Positions 11,019-24,324 of a stretch of 64,000 nucleotides of DNA are shown here, piece by piece (positions within the stretch are counted from its first letter, which is position 1; each line of letters opens with the position of its first letter). Source of the DNA: Lingula anatina (lineage: Eukaryota > Animalia > Brachiopoda); the NCBI GenBank assembly GCA_051362555.1, contig CM120643.1, positions 9,858,001-9,922,000 of the forward strand, given 5' to 3'. A program made the translations under genes and the position numbers. Under the pieces are notes generated by a model. That model ran no database searches. It worked only from the letters and a program-made list of their open reading frames with translations, and had not been told where the DNA came from.

Positions 11019-14000
11019 GAGCAATTGTCAGTAAATGATAAACAGTACATTTGAAAAAAATATAAAATATACACACTTGAATATATACAGAAAATATCTT
11101 AATTGTGTTTTATTTCAGTTGATTTGATAGTTGCTCTTTTCCTTATCAAAGACTTTGTTCTTTTTACTGAATTGGAAAATTTTTGTTCTTTATATTGGAT
11201 TGGGAAGTTTTCATTCTTTTTATTTCACCCTGCAGGCAACTGATGAGGTCTTCTTTGAAGGCATGGACAAAGATGGCAATGCACTTGTTGTTAGAATAGG
11301 ACGAAGAGAGGGAAGAGTTGCAGAATTATGGCTGCTGCTTAACTTGAAAGGTAATGATCATAATGAAATTAATTTCCAAGGAAAGACAGCAAATATTGTA
11401 AGAGTTGTCCATCATATACTTAAAATGCCACTTTCAGGCAAATGATATTTCTCATTTTTGTTTTATAATTTATATTCCAGGCGTTGGATTTTTTCAGCAT
11501 CCTGTCCACCCAGACTCGGTTGTTTTTACTGCTGCTCATAACTCTTTTCAAGCTGGAGGTCTGTCACTGGACATGGTGGAGGCACTCAGAACATGGAAAA
11601 TATCTTTTAATGGTTTGCTCAGGTGATGCCATATTCCAGAAATGTTTTGTTTGTTTTCTCAAATTTATTGTCCGATTCAGCATTGTGTAAAGAAAGGATG
11701 TTTTTGTGGTTGTAACCATGTATAGGGATATTGTAGTTTTTATTTTATAAATTTTGATAACATATAAATTTATTCTTTTTCTTCTTCTTCTTCTTGTCCT
11801 TATTATTAATTATTTATTTTCCTTATAAATAAATAAATAAATAAATAAATCATTTTTATTTTCAATTTCAGGAAGAATCCAAGTCAGGAGCAGTCAAAAA
11901 GTGCTGATGAGTTTGTTCATGTTAAATTTTCTTTTTTGTAAGTTTTTATGCTATTGCTCACAAAACAAATTAATTCAGAAACAGACCATTCCATCATGAC
12001 ACATCCTCTATCTTGTCTTTGTTACTTATCTGTTTTGAGTATATAAAAACACAGTGAAGAAAAGTTCAAATTATTGTACAAACAATGAAAATAGTTATGG
12101 GGATAGTTTCTACTTTTTCCTCAATAATAAGTGTCTTAAGACGGGTTCTCACAAATTGCTTAGTACATCCAGGCAATCATTTCTGTACCATTGTATATTA
12201 TAAAAGTAATGATTGCTTTTTAGGTGGAATGCCCTCTCAGATACCTTCAGCTTTCCTGATGAAATACCAGACATTGCACTCTCTGATGCTGTAGCAAAAG
12301 AAAAATGGTCTGGGAAATTATGGGAAAATTTGAAGAAGTATGTAGAGGGATTTTTTTTTTTGGGGGGGGGGGGGGGGGGAGTCCAACACTAGGTAAACTA
12401 AAATGGCTTTAAGATTCACTTCAGGAAGTATAGACAGTTTTAACTCAATTAAATGTCTGAGGCACACTATTATCTTGAGTTTGTCTAAAACTGTAACTGT
12501 TTTTGATAATCTTATGCACTATGCCCTCACTTAAATGTGCATGAGTCCTCCATACATCACAATGAAAATATGTAAGTGTAAAACTTGGCAGACTTGGAAA
12601 ATGTGATGCTCACTGAAATAGATTTTGGTCATTTTTTCAAAAAAAATTTTTTTTGAAATTGTGCTTGTTTTCCAGACTAAGTAATAATATCTTCTATGAC
12701 CAGGCAGGAGAAATGAGGGGAACAGTCCTGGTGGAAGGAGAAGAACCAAGGAAATTAAAGCTTAAAAGCTTAAGAAGCCGTTTTTCTGGTACGTAAGTTG
12801 TTTCATAATGCACAGGTTCATATTTTTGTCTTTTTATGTTCAGTGATGTACTTGGGGAGAGGGGGGGGAGAGATATATGTACCTTGATTAGACTTGAAAA
12901 CAATGGTTTTAACATTGGATAAGCTCCTTAATTGAATGTATTATAATTGAGCAATTTAAAGTGTTGATTTTCTAAAGAAACTTGACATGTATATTTATCT
13001 GGCTCATATGCCAGTAGATACAGGGGCGGATTGAGGCCGTCTTCTGGGTCTTCCAGAAGACGGTCAGATTTTCAAGTTTACATTGGCGGATATCTAATTT
13101 TTTCTCTCGGAAGACAGTCAAAAATACAGGATGGATCAACAAGATAATTTAGAAGACTGTCAGAAAATAGCTATGGATCCGCCCCTGAGATATATATGTA
13201 ATGGAATGCACTTTGTAAGGAATGCAGACATTCCAGAGATTTTAATCTTTATTCAAGAATAACTATGTATACTAAGATAATTCATTTGCATCAGGTTATT
13301 TGTTGTTTGTTGTGGATAATTTCTTATAAGTGAAATTGTATTTACTAGTACGCGAGTTTCTTTACATATCATTTAAGTTTACTTGTTGATATTTATTGCT
13401 TATTTTTCTGATGCAGGAACAAAAGACTGGAAATCCGTTCACAGATATGTGTCCCATTATGGATACATTGAGGTAGGAAGTCTAAGCTTGTATAGCTGAT
13501 GACAGCTAGCACTAAATTTCATTTTATTTGTACTTGCATGGCGCTACACTGATTTGAAAAATGGGATGATCAGATTATCTGCTAACAAGTTGAGGAATTT
13601 TGAAGTATGATTTTTAAAATTGGTATGAACAATATTCCATTTGGTTAGAATAGAACTTAATACTAGTGTGTAAAATTCAAATCTGTTATCAGCCAGGAAA
13701 TCTGAAATAAGGTAAATATGTACGTGGTAGTTTTACAACACCGTCTAGATTACAATAAAAATATCATTGTTTTCCACATGCATGTAGACATTCTTATGTA
13801 AAAAATAAAGTATGAGGATTCATTGAGTCAGTGCTGATGCATTATGTCAATATAAAGTGTTACCTGTAAGAATTGATATTAGCTCTATAAATTTTAGTTG
13901 ATGATGTAAAATCGCTAAGTCTTCTAAGGTTATGTCTCAAAAATTGATTCTTTGATGACTTGAATTTTTATCATAAGATCTTTTCAATGCACTAACTTCT

Positions 14001-17000
14001 TTTTTATTTTTGCATTTAGGATGGGAACTTTTTCAATGTCAGCCAGTGGTGTCTACCCAACAGCACATCCAGGTACAGTAGCTACTGTCAGTTTAAAGTG
14101 ATTATGACTATTCAAATGGGATATATATTTCACAATAAAAATATTGTTAACAACTCTTAGAAATATGGTAAATTCTAAAATTCCATTAAAACAGCAGTTA
14201 TAGCAATGATTATTTAATCTGTGCTTGCCATCAGACGTACCACATATGGGACTTCATAGATGGCCATACCCCCTATTTAAGTTTTTAATAGATTATCATA
14301 CAATACCACACTTTTTAGAAAAATAAACATGGACTACTTTGAATGTTGGAAGGGATTCATTAACCATTGGTAATTAAGTGTGGGAAAATTGTAGTTTACC
14401 CAAGGAAAATCTGTTTTTTTTCCCCAAAATGAACAGTAGTTACCATATCCCTTAAGTGCATGTATACTTAAATGCATGTTATAGACAATTCTTTGGTTGC
14501 TATAATTAGTACCACCAGCGTGTACGCTGGCGGTACTCATGGTTTTAGTCTCGACCCGTCTCGTACGGCTCTGTAAGCTCCGCCGGCTCCGTGAGCTCCG
14601 CCGGCTCTGTTGGCTCCGCAGGGTGTCGTGGGATACAAGTCACCGTTACCGCTTCTCCTCCTAGACCGCAAGGACACGTGTCCCCATCTCTTGGATTTAG
14701 GTCACATATAATCTCAACTTGAACCCCCTGGTATTTTTGTCTCAGTCGGTGCTTTGGCCTGGGCGTGACGCTCGTTGAAACGCACCCTTGTCAAAATTTT
14801 GGAAAATTCAATGCTAAATATCTCCCAAACCGAAGGAATTATGGGAAAAATTACTACAGAAGTCTGACCGAAAGTCATATGTGTAGATTCCAAATATGCC
14901 CTGAGATTTTACTTTTGACCTTTATTTCAAGGTCAAACGGGCCAAACGGATATGAAACTGAAAACTCTCTCAAATTCTGGAACCGTAAATGCCAGAGACC
15001 TTTTGAATTTTGCAATTTGTAGGACTTGTCAAGCACAATACTGGAGGTGGTGCCCACGTTTTTGTTTTCGATATGGTTTAGGCGTTGCGCTATATAAAAA
15101 AGTACAACGCAATATTCAGTGGTGAAAATAAAATGTGAATTACTCCAAAATTAGCAGAAATATGCCCATAGTTCCTATTGAACTTGAACAGGAAGTCATA
15201 TACTGGCAATCTAACTGTGACCTTGAAATTGACCTTTGACCTACTTTTCATTATGAACTGCAAAGATACGACCATAGTTACTATTGAACTTGATTAGGAA
15301 GTCATATACTTGCAATCTAACTGTGACCTTGAAATTGACCTTTGACCTACTTTTCATTATGAACTGCACTTTGCAATTTTTCTGATCTTCATATCTCCAA
15401 AACTGGCAAAGATACGACCATAGTTACTATTGAACTTGATTAGGAAGTCATATACTTACAATCTTACTGTGACCCTGAAATTGACCTTTGACCTAATTTT
15501 CACCATGAACTGAACTTTGCAAATTTTCTATCCTTTATATCTCGAAAACTGGCAGAGATACACCCAAAGTTACTGTTGAACTTGAATAGGAAGTCATATA
15601 CTGGCAATCTAACTATGAACTTGAAATTGAGCTTTGACCTACTTTTTATGATGAACTGCACCTTGCATGTTTTCTGGCATTTATATCTCCAAAATTGGCA
15701 AAGAAATTCCCATGGTTACTATTGAACTTGAATAGGAAGTCATATACTGTGACTTTGAAATTGACCTTTGACCTACTTTTTCACCAAGAACTTAACTTTG
15801 CATATTTTCTTGCCCCTCATATCTTCAAAACTAGCAGAGATATGCCCATAGTGTTGCCCAAGGTTTACTCTTTTGTCAGCATACTACAGATGCAACAGTA
15901 ATAACACATTTCAAGGAAAACCAATAGGTCTATTGTCTAGAAAATCACAGGAGTGATCAATGTTAGGAAAATACAGGTCAATTCCAAAATCTGCATGATT
16001 GGACCATTTTTAGTTATGTTGTTTTTTTTTTCTTTTTTTTTTTTAATATTTTGAGAACTCTTGTTGATTTCATTTTATAGAGCTTGTTAAGCATAAGACT
16101 GGAGGTGGTGTCCCTTTTTTTTTTTTTTTTGGTTTTCCATACGAATGCGCTTACTCCAGCTGGTGGTACAATATCCGGAGGCGGTATCGCCTCTCTGATC
16201 CTCTAGTTTAAGTACTATATTATTGCTTTTCTCAAATTTTTGGCCATTTTTTCCAGTTTATTACTTGGTTACCTGTTTACCCCCAATGCACTTTGTGTCC
16301 CTGTGACACAGAGCGACCTTTGGCTGCCATTACTAGGAGAAAACCAGAACCCACCAGATTTCTGGACATTGAATTTTAAAGCTGGTGAGTAAAAAAAAAA
16401 GATACATGTATGCATGGATTCAGTTGTGAAATTATTTATTGTTTTTGTGAGTCGAATAGGACTGGGTTTATTTCAGTTAAAATAATAACAGTCACAGTTT
16501 TAAAAAACATTGTGGACATGAAAATAACTTTTGATATCTTAAGATTTCAAATGTATCATTTAAAGGCAGGGCCACAACATAATGTTTGTGAAAATATCAC
16601 CATGTATATTTTAATATTCTAGGAGGTCAGACATACAATATAGAGGTCAAAGCCACCAAGACTGTCGTGTTATACCAGGGGGAGGACTGGGGAAATGTGA
16701 TTTTTGAGAAACTGGTGGAGTTCACTGTGAATGGAAAGAAAGGCTGGGGCATTGCAGAGTTTTGCTATAGGTTGGTTCGGAATTGGGTGATATTGGTAAA
16801 TGTGTAAAACTTGGAATGGCATTGGGTTTTCTTGCAAGTTGTTGATACATGTGCGATGGTTTGTGTTGAAATGAAGGTGATCCATTCATTGTGCTCAAAT
16901 TTCAATTGTAATTGAGGTATTAATTAAGGGAAAAATAAAAGAAACTGTTAAAAAAGGGCATATTATATGTATTTAAAGGTTAAATGACTTCATATATAAT

Positions 17001-18812
17001 ATAATCATCCCCTAAGTACTCCTACCAGACATGCAGGCACCTGTTCCCACACTAAGAAAACCCAATTCTGTGAATAACATTATATTCTTTGCTTAATTTC
17101 CAGAAGCAAAGATATCTTACCACCTTCAAGATGGGCACCTGTTCCCACACTCAGAGAACCAACTTGTGTATATAAAATTTTATTCTTTGCTTTATTTCCA
17201 CGAGCAAGGATATCTCGCCTCCAGTCAATCAAGCACCTGTTCCCAAACCAAGAGAACTCACTTGTGTATAAATTTTTTCTTTGCTTTAATCTCAGGTGCA
17301 AGGATATCTCACCACCTACAAGACAAACACTTGTTCCCACATTCAGAGAACCTATCTCTTTGCCAGAGCCTGACAACAGGGCCCTGGTTCTGCCATTTAC
17401 AAAAGAGGCCTGTAAGAGTTCAGAGCTAGTTGGAGGCAAGGGGTGCCAGCTGGCCATGCTGTGTACAATAAAGGACAAGGTAAGGTAGCCAAATTTTAAA
17501 GGTGCAGTTTTGGCCAGTTGCTGCCATCTCTTTGTAGTATTCAACCAGTGATGCCTATATAGGCTATATTTTTTTCTGTATATTATTATAAGTGTACACT
17601 TATTCCAACTTGAAGTCAATTGGGAAATTAGCATTTTTTATGGTGATAAGATTATTTATCAAGAAAATTTTGACAGTCACCAAGAGGACCCTTAAGGACT
17701 GTCTTTATACATGTCTATTTTCCCATTTTAGACAACATACATAATTATTTTTGTAATTAAGTGTTATTCAGTTGCTAATGATATATTCTAAGCAATACTA
17801 ACATGTATGTGCAGTTTCAGGTTAAAAGTTAAGTAAGCCCCTGGGATCATTTTGAATGTCAATTTTCCTTTTTAAAAAATGAAAGACTTTAAGAAAATAT
17901 TTGATTTTAAGAAAATATTTGATTTGATTTTAAGAAAATATTTTATACAAATCAGATAGAAGTGCTTACAAGTTTATTTATCATTGAATGTTTTACAGGT
18001 CCAGAATTTATTTATTGGCCATGAAAACTTTATCTACCAACAGTATGCTTTCTGTATACTTTAGTTCATAGTACCCAGGGGGCTGTGTGTGACTGTCAGA
18101 GCTTTACAAAAACAATTGGAGTCCAGCACAGATATTGTGGATATGTGGGCAGAGTTGGAAGACATTTGCAGGTAGTTTTTTGTCCATTAAGTCCTTACAC
18201 ATAACGCTTTTTTTTTTTTAATTTACGTAAATGATTACTTGTAATATTGTCTTTATATACCGGGTAGTTCCAAACTTAAAAATAACTTTTATTTTGTGAA
18301 AACATAATTATTATAATAATAATGATAATAATAATAAATAAAAAAAAAAATAATAATAATAATAATAAAGCTCTTTAAAAACTGTCTGCTCCATATATGT
18401 CTCAGTGCTGTGTTCAATGCTTCTTTTATTTAGTGGGAAAATCAAAGCTAATATTCAGGAGTGCTGTAAGAGGTTGGTGGATTCATTCACTGCTGCCCAG
18501 CTATGTATGGATGTCCAGGGCAGCCTGGTGGAGGCCTTGGTCAAAGAGTTTGGAACTCAGCATGGAGAAATACTGTTTGCTGTGAGATCATCTGCTGTAG
18601 GTACGTCACAGGTTCAAAGAGTCTGTCTGTAGATAAAGTCAATATTCTTTGTTAAGTACACTTTAATAAAAAAATGATGAATGCAGTAAGGAAAATTTGA
18701 CAGTCTCTTACTTCTCCTCCCTGCATGCATGTACGCATGTACACGCTCACACACATACACATCTGCACACATATGCACACATGCGAACACACACACACAC
18801 ACAAACAACACA

Positions 18813-18851
<39 letters not shown>

Positions 18852-21800
18852 CTCTTGTGTGCATTATATATCAAAATCTGATAGTGAATTCTACACCTGT
18901 ACCTGGTCAACAAATTAAGATCTGTCACATAATAAAATATTTATGTGCACTGGATCTGCTTCAGGTGAAGACAGTGACGAGATGTCTGCTGCTGGACAGA
19001 TGGAAACATTTCTAGGAATAAAAGGGATTCACAAGGTATGGTCTGGCTATATACTCGTTGTATGGGTATCTTTTACAGTGTGAAAATTTACCTGCTTTAT
19101 TTAGTTAATGTTATTTTGTTTAATTTAAAAAATCTTGCTATGCTTTTGTTGAAAACAATTTTTATGGTATGTTTTTTTATATAAAAGTATTGTCTTTTGA
19201 TTTTACTGTGTTGTTTAGAATAATGAATTTGAACTTGATGAAAATTACCCTGTGAGATTTAATAAGTATATTTGATGCAACTCTGTTCAAATGTGAAATT
19301 TCAGGTATTTGAAGCAGTGATGAAGTGTTGGGCTTCTCAGTGTACCTACCAAGCAGTAGAATACAGAAGGTAGTTTAGAACTTTAAGTGACCGTGCAGTT
19401 AAGGCCTGCTAAGGTGAAACACTGCTTTAGATTGTAAATGTTCTAAACTGAAATATTCTCACTTTAATATATGTCTCATTGTGACCCAATTAATGTACAC
19501 TTTGAGCTCAGAGAGCTTCTTTTGATAAATAAATGCCTTTATTTTAAAAACATTTGCTATGATTAAAGTGAACATTTTGATGCATCTAGAAAGATCTACA
19601 TAATAGTTGTTGAATACAGTCCGAGCTTTCGGCCCCTGGGCCTTCTTTGGGGAATATCTATATATCTATCTATGGTTTTTCCCTGAAGAAGGCCCAGGGG
19701 CCGAAAGCTCGGACTGTATTCAACAACTATTATGGAGATCTTTCTAGATGCATCAAAATATTTATACTTCTATTATTACCAAGATCTATACGGTAAATCA
19801 ACATGAATCCTCAAAATGATTAAAGGGAACAGTACGCTTAAAATTTTTACCAAATGTGACTATCATCCTGGCACCTTTAGTTTGATGATGTAAAATTTGC
19901 CAATCATATTTTGATCTCATATAGACAGCATGGCCAACCAATCAGATCCCTCATGGGTGTGGTTATCCAGGAGATGGTCCAATCAGAAGCCTCTGGGGTG
20001 TTGTTCACCCAGGATCCACTGACAGCCAATCCTGGTGTGATTACCATCAATGCAAACTATGGTCTGGGTGAGGTAGGTATGGTGTCCTGACAGTCTTAGG
20101 GAGGATTCAGAACAAGTTGACCCCCGGACTAATAGATCTGAGGATCAAATATGGTGCCTCCCACTTGAAAGTGGTGCGGGGGTTTAATTGCTCTTCTATG
20201 GCTGGGACGGTGCATGTGGGAGCTAGGCAGGAATCCATTGTCAAGTGCATGCCATATTTCATATGCAGACTAGTTAGTCCACGGATCAACTTTGTTGTGA
20301 ATGCTCTCTTAGGAAATGTCTGTATAATATTTCTGTTTGATAGAATTTTCTTAAATTTTTTACATACATGTGCAACAGAAATATGCATGACATTGATGCG
20401 CAGTGTAGCATATTAAGGACATTACCTAAAGATTTATAAAAGTATTTAAAATGTTTGTGTTATTTGGGTGTTCAAATGTACATCATCTGGATTTTGTTTC
20501 AGTCTGTGGTGTCAGGGATCGCAGAGCCTGATACTATTACTGTCAGCAGAAGTTGGGATGATAAATTGAGCATTAAAGACAAGACAATAGGCAGCAAGAA
20601 GTCTGTCATGTCAGTTGCAGGTAAATAAAACGATTTCCATGAGATGAAAATTGAAGTATACAGTCTCACTCTTAGTTTTTCATCCTTGAAACTGTTTAAT
20701 TTCATAAAATATTCATAAAGATAGGCAGGAAAAATCTGTCTCTCTCCATGTGGTGGCATTTATGTTGATCTTTATCAAGGTAGCTGTAATAGGTGGTTAA
20801 TTTCACATTTTATCATACATTTTAATAAGAATAATGCAATAACAAAACTATGCAATGGTCATTCTGCTAGCTGACTCTTTAAATGGTAACTGTTACATTT
20901 AAGATAAAAAGGATCTTCCATTTTGATAATGAAGCTATCGGCACATTATTCTGTTTATAAGTTTCTAACATAATTTGTATACTAGGCTCAGGAGGGACAC
21001 AGACTACAGAAGTGGAGCTGGCAGCAGCAAAGCAATGTTGTCTTCCTGATGATGTCATCTTAGAGCTGGCAAGGATAGGCATTATGGTAAGCAATCTGGC
21101 TGGCTTTTGCATGGGCCAAAGTTTTCAGGATTATGCCTGATGTCAGGATTTTTAGTATTCATTTTGGACATTTTTTTTTCATATGGTCTATATGTGATAA
21201 GAAAGTGCAAGCTGTTGATTCTTTCCAATTAAATGGCACCACGATTGAAACATGCACTCATTGAATTGAATTAATGGCAGCACTCACTGACTCATAATAA
21301 TTAACAGAATTATAACATCAGAACGCACAGCTCTACCAAAAAAATAACAATCCAATCAATCAATTCAATCAATCAATGTTAAATCAAAACACAACCCTAT
21401 GTTTTCAGGATTTTCAGTCATCACAACTTTCACCCATGCATATGTAGGGGCACCTGTCCTTGAAAAAATGGGCTCTAAAGATATTCTGAAGAACATGAAG
21501 AAAATTTGTCTGTTCCAAACACAATAATAGCTTGGCCACGAAAGAGCATAATTGTTATGCACAGTCTTTTGTATTTGAGATATCTGAATTCTTGGAAAAC
21601 TGCTCTACATTTTAATTTTAGTGAATCAAACATGCATATATTTACATAGTGTGTGTTTAGTAGGTTTGAATAAAGTGTCTTTTATCCAATGCATTCTCTA
21701 GTGGGAATTATGAATTATGAAAAAAATACAATGCAATATCATAGACCTGTTGAATTTTGTGACAGATATCATAAGGACCAATTTTTTTTTTCAGATTGAG

Positions 21801-24293
21801 CAATATTTTGGAGATGCCAGAGACATAGAATGGGCTGTTTGTAATGGGCAGGTTTATTTGTTACAGGTAAGGGAATAAATTTCATAATGCCACAGTCTGA
21901 AAGTCTAAGTAGCTTTTTCAATCCTGTCAAAAAGTGTGTAAATTGGACAGCAGCTACAAAGATTGACAAAGTTGTCTTTGGTAATCTGTGAATCAGAGAA
22001 ATAACCACATACACTCCAGATAACTTGATTGTTTTCCAAGAGTGCTATGACAAACATTAAAGATTGGGTGTACATTTAGATTTAGATTTAGAAACAAAGA
22101 TTTTCAGTAATAACGGCTGTATCAAAAATGTGATGAACATTTGAAAGCGTGGATAGATGAGCAGTTTATCAATTTCTTCAAATTTAATCATGTATAAAGG
22201 TAGGAATTTAAAGCATTGCAGGGGCGTAACCAGACCATTTAAAATTGTACGCACAGATTTTGAAAATTCTCAGGTAAGATTATATTCCGTGAAAAATGCA
22301 CTGAATTTATGGAGAATAATATCATGGTTGGCTCAAAAAATTGTACGCACAGTGCATCCGTGCGTATGCCTGGTTACGCCCCTGCATTGATGAATATGTT
22401 ATTCAGATGTTTTTCAACAGGGTAATGTACTATTGGCAGCGTTTCCAAAAACCCATTGTACCAGCTGGATCAATCTAACTCTGAGGGGACTCTCACTAAA
22501 TTGCATTCAGTAAAAGCAGCTTAAATGTCTGCTAATATGGGGTAATAAACGATAGTGAATTACCCCCCCCCCCCCCCCCCCCGAGTTACTTAAGAGGGTG
22601 TGCCAGACAGGTAAGCTGATTGCACCAAAAGCACTTTAGCGAGAAGACCAGGGTTATAGCGATCCAGTTAATACAATGGGTTAATGAGAACGCAGTCGTA
22701 AATTTCTCTGCACATTTGTCAGGCTCGTCCTATAACGTCCTTCGGGTTGGAGACAGAAGAGGAACTAATGCATGAGTTTGATGCCCCTTTGTCCTATGAT
22801 CGGGAATGGTGGACCACTTGTAACATTGGGTAAGGATGCAAGAAAGATTTTCATTGAAATTAAAATTTGATGAAACTGCAGAGGGATTATAATCATTACA
22901 GATTTAAATTAATTTGAGTAATGTGTTGTAAAATGAATATGTTATGACCAATTGAAGTGAAATATAATAATTGTTTTAATTGATGTGACCAATAAAAGTA
23001 ACTCCCAATTGCATACAGTGCTTCATATGAGTAAAATCTGATTTTATTTATGCGTGGAATGCATGCATAACGTGATTGATATCAGCTAGTGCTAATAGTA
23101 AACATACTTGTTTGTGCAGAGTTGAACTTGAGTTCAAGACCTTATTGAGCAATTAAGGACTGTTATTTGTATAAGGTGTACTTGTGATGCTTTCTGTGAT
23201 GGATCTCCTTTGCAGCTACTAGCTGGTCATTTTATATATATATCCACCCCTCCGTCACCCTTGCCCCACATTTGTCCCCAAACTATGTACAAGCACATGC
23301 CAATGAAATCATTATATTTTATAAATATAATATAATATAATATAATATAGTATAGTATATAGTATTCTATTCTATTCTATTGTATTCTATTCTATAAATA
23401 TAATGTTTTTATTTTATATAAATAATCCAGAGAGATGATGCCAGGGGCCCTTACTCCTCTCAGTATGAGCACTTTCCTGCGTGCTGTAGACCTAGGGCTT
23501 CAGGTGAGTATGTGCGTGCATGTATGCACATGTGCATGTGTGTGCATACATTTGTTTGTGCATGGATGTGTGCAGTTGTTTTGTGTGTGTGTGTGTGTGT
23601 GTCTGTGTGTGTGTGTCTGTGTGTGTGTGTGTGCATGTGTGTGTGTGTGTGTGTGTGTGTCTGTCTGTCTGTGTGTGTCTGTCTGTGTCTGTGTGTGTGT
23701 CTGTGTGTGTCTGTGTGTGTGTGTCTGTGTGTGTGTGTGTCTGTGTGTGTGTGTCTGTGTGTGTGTCTATGTGTGTGTGCGTCTGTGTGTGTGTGTGTCT
23801 GTGTGTGTGTGTCTGTGTCTATGTGTGTGTCTGTGTGTGTGTGTCTGTGTGTGTGTGTGTCTATGTGTGTGTCTGTGTCTGTGTGTCTGTGTGTCTATGT
23901 GTGTGTATGTGTGTGTGTCTGTGTGTGTGTGTCTATGTGTGTGTGTCTGTGTGTCTATGTGTGTGTGTGTCTGTGTGTCTATGTGTGTGTGTGTGTGTGT
24001 GTGTCTATGTGTGTGTGTCTATGTGTGTGTCTGTGTGTGTGTGTGTGTGTGTCTATGTGTGTGTGTCTATGTGTGTGTGTGTGTCTATGTGTGTGTGTGT
24101 GTCTATGTGTGTGTGTCTATGTGTGTGTGTGTGTGTCTATGTGTGTGTCTGTGTCTATGTGTGTGTGTGTCTATGTGTGTGTGTGTGTGTGTCTATGTGT
24201 GTGTGTGTCTATGTGTGTGTGTGTGTGTCTATGTGTGTGTGTGTGTCTATGTGTGTGTGTCTATGTGTGTGTGTCTGTGTGTGTGTCTGTGTG

Positions 24294-24324
<31 letters not shown>

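Noticed and set aside
10740-11054. Poly-Tyr / poly-Ile proteins
   Set aside because: The (TAT)n tract starts after the exon-2 donor at 10938 and is intronic.
18614-19015. His/Thr- and Val/Cys-rich ORFs
   Set aside because: Translations of a (CA)n microsatellite.
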